From a bacterium (lineage in GTDB: Bacteria; UBA8248): 64,000 nucleotides of DNA. Shown one piece after another: positions 61,253-64,000 of this stretch. Every line of letters begins with the position of its first letter. Position 1 is the stretch's first letter. Where the stretch lies: the NCBI GenBank assembly GCA_965213685.1, contig CBDBZY010000041.1, positions 512,001 to 576,000 on the forward strand. Direction: 5' to 3'. A model generated the notes under the pieces. It was given only the letters and a program-made list of their open reading frames with translations. It was not told the origin of the DNA and did no database searches. A program made the position numbers and the translations under genes.

Positions 61253-62169
61253 GCCACTACTATGTCGACAGCTGAGCTGTATGGTACAGCTCACATAATT
61301 ATGTGATAGCAAAATTAATGATTATGTCTATAGCTACTTCATCCTCTCACTAGACCAGACTGAAACAGCTCTTAGATACGTGTAGACTTTGATCGGGTTG
61401 ATTGCTGTCAGGTCGTCAACTACCTCCTTGAGTACTAGCGTCATCTGGGATCATATAATACAGTACGTTGTACTGTATCAATGCTTACTAGGATGGTAAG
61501 AATGCGGGAAGCTGTTCTCTATCTGTTGTGCTGCTATATAGTCCTTGAACACGCAATGAAAGGAGCCCCACCCACTTTCACATCTGATGCCAGTTTGTGG
61601 CATGACGTCACTCAGAGCGGTACCTCCAGCTCCCACAGCACTGCACTTCCCGCACATCACATTGCCTGCTCACGTGATCCCCCACTTTCTTGCCCCTCAT
61701 TCTCCTTCTCCTCCAGTGGTGCTTGGAATACTCAGCCATGTAGAAAGAAGTTAGTATAACTAGCCTACCCCTGGCCCTTGCCCCATCAAATGACCAAGTT
61801 AATGAGCCAAACTCCCCTCAGGTATTGCTCAGGCTCAGTGCTGCTAAGTGTGCACTGCTGTACTAGGCAAGCAATTTGACCAATCAATGTCTACCATATC
61901 TGCTAGCAATAATCGTGTAACTTCCACAGATCAAGATAGCTGATGTACGTGTACAGTACATGTAAATACAAATAGAGACCACTCACATGTACATGCACAC
62001 ACAAATTGTTCTCCAGTCCAGTGGCTACATACAGGGCAGAGGGAGAGTACAGAGAGCACCAACTAACAATGCCACACACTTTGAATGAATAACATTGTAA
62101 TGATTAGCAGCAGCACACATGTAAGTCCATCTCACAAAACAATTATTATGCAGTACATTTTGATAACAA

Positions 62170-62321
62170 TCATTTTGAGGACTCCTCATACACACTCCTC
62201 CTGTACTGTCCTCTGTCTGGTAGTATGTACAGGGCAAGACTGTCGATGACTGTGGCAGTGAGAGTGAGGAGACCCATCCCAGACACCAGGTGGAGGAGGA
62301 GGGTGGGCAGGGAGAACCGGC
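62170..62321 (-). pseudogene. P2X purinoceptor last exon (TM2 + C-tail), orphan fragment
   Basis: GRFSLPTLLLHLVSGMGLLTLTATVIDSLALYILPDRGQYRRSVYEESSK*, close to non-vertebrate P2X TM2. Confidence 0.8.
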
Positions 62322-63644
62322 CTGAGGGAGGGAGGGAGGGAGGGAGGGAGAAAGAGAGGGAGGGAGGGAGGGGGGAAAGGGGAGAGAGGGGAGTGGTAGG
62401 TAATACATGACAATCACAAGGGCAAGGACTGCAAGTGTGGCCATAACAACTGATGGCACCTGTACCTGAACAACAACAACACATCCATAGTACTTAATAT
62501 ATTATGTACATGCATATACATGCACATATTGTATGTGTACATGTACATTGGAGTCATGTGCAAATAGTCGTACATACTGTACATGCACATGTACAAAAGG
62601 GGTTACTGGGGGAAATGGTGCTGAGCCTAAAGGAAGGAGGTAGGGAGGGAGGGAGGGAGGGGAGGTAGGGAGGAAGGTAGAGAGGAGGATGGAGGGAGGG
62701 GAGGAGTGAAACAGTGGTACTAACTGACAAGGCACAAAGCAGGAGGAGCACAAGGCAAGAGGAAATAAAGGCAGAATGGAGGGTGAGGAATAGACCTTGA
62801 TATATTATGCTGGCATAATTTTGAGAATAATAGGTAGTCAAAAGAATAGGGAAATAATTGGTACGAAAGTGAGAATGATCGAAGGTTGTGTGAAAGTATA
62901 AAGTAATAAAAACACTTTGGCACCATGTTTTATTGCTCCACCCATTGCATGCCACGCACACATAATGAGGCTCACAGATTATCCAGTATTGTGGGTAGAT
63001 CAATTAATTAGTGTGCATTATTAAGAGTGTGCCGTAATGGCGGACGGAGATTCAAACCAGCCAGGTTGCAGTCTTGTGGAGGTTAAAGGTAAGCTCTGAC
63101 TGAAGCAGGGAAAATGATTGATAGAGAAAGGAGGAAGGAATGGGAGAAGGGAGCGAGGGAGGGAGGGAGGGAGGGAGGGAGGGAGGGTGGAGGGAGGGAG
63201 GGTGGAGGGAGTACATGTACATGTACACTACATGAGTACATATGCATGATGTATGGGTACACGTACGTACATGTACACATGTGCACTGCACAGTAGCTTG
63301 GCCATGATGTGGCTGCCCTGCAGGAGTCTGCCAGCCTTCAGAGAGTGGTGCTGTCTACCTCACACTGTGCTCCATGCATGAGGTGAGCCTTCTACATTGG
63401 TGGGAGAGAGAGGGAGGGAGGGAGGGAGGGAGGAGAGAGAGGAAGGGAGGGAGGGAGGGAAGGAGGGAGGGGGAGAGGAAGGGTGGGAGGAGGAAGGAGG
63501 GAGGAGGAAGGAAGGGAGAGACAAAGGGAAGTGGGGTAGGAGGGATTGCATGTACACATGTACATGTACATACACATTGCATGTGAATGTACACATACAG
63601 GTACATGTACGTGTGTACAGGTAAACAAATGTACACTGTTACAT

Positions 63645-63782
63645 GTACCTGTACGTGTGGCAGTGCACTGTACCTGTACGTGTGGTAGTGCACTGTACCT
63701 GTACATGTGGCAGTGCACTGTACCTGTACGTGTGGCAGTGCACTGTACCTGTACGTGTGGCAGTGCACTGTACCTGTACGTG
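63645..63782. repeat. 25-bp tandem repeat at the CTR9 exon donor
   Basis: Minus-strand unit gtacagtgcactgccacacgtacag, about 5 copies. Confidence 0.9.
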
Positions 63783-63881
63783 GAAGGCCCTGGCCAGTTG
63801 GTAGCAGCTTTCTGCCTGCATGGCCTCCACGTCAGTGCCATGGAATGAGTGGAGAGCTAAGTGCTGCACCATACCATAGTC
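63774..63881 (-). pseudogene. CTR9: CTR9 internal exon ([36 protein letters not shown]); downstream CTR9 exons absent
   Basis: Near-identical to CTR9 [36 protein letters not shown]; 108 nt, phase 0. Confidence 0.88.
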
Positions 63882-64000
63882 CTGGGAGGGAGGGAGGGAG
63901 GGAGGCAGCAATGTACAGTGCACCTACACTGTATATACGTATACACTGTATATACATGTACATGTACATGTATATACATGTACACAGGTATACAGCTGTA

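Overview
Eukaryotic, intron-rich animal DNA. A demosponge is likely; this is inferred from the TACATGTA-rich introns, long polypurine/polypyrimidine tracts and the kinase-coiled coil-Kelch architecture, and is not proven. The window is a degenerate tandem segmental-duplication array with nearly all host exons on the minus strand. It holds two apparently intact 4-exon genes for a TKL-type kinase + coiled coil + six-bladed Kelch propeller (17841-20819; 47956-57463). Three more Kelch terminal exons lack their own kinase exon: two are open, one is a pseudogene. Across the five Kelch copies the framework is nearly invariant, while two short loops per blade are hypervariable and mosaic, as expected of a diversifying intracellular recognition receptor. 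Between these genes lie co-duplicated exon fragments of CTR9, a P2X receptor and probably a DOCK GEF. Transposons are dense and nested: an intact hAT inside a Gypsy inside an intron, a pogo-like element, a Penelope with a hammerhead ribozyme, and many MITEs and tRNA-derived SINEs. All calls come from reading the sequence; no searches were run.
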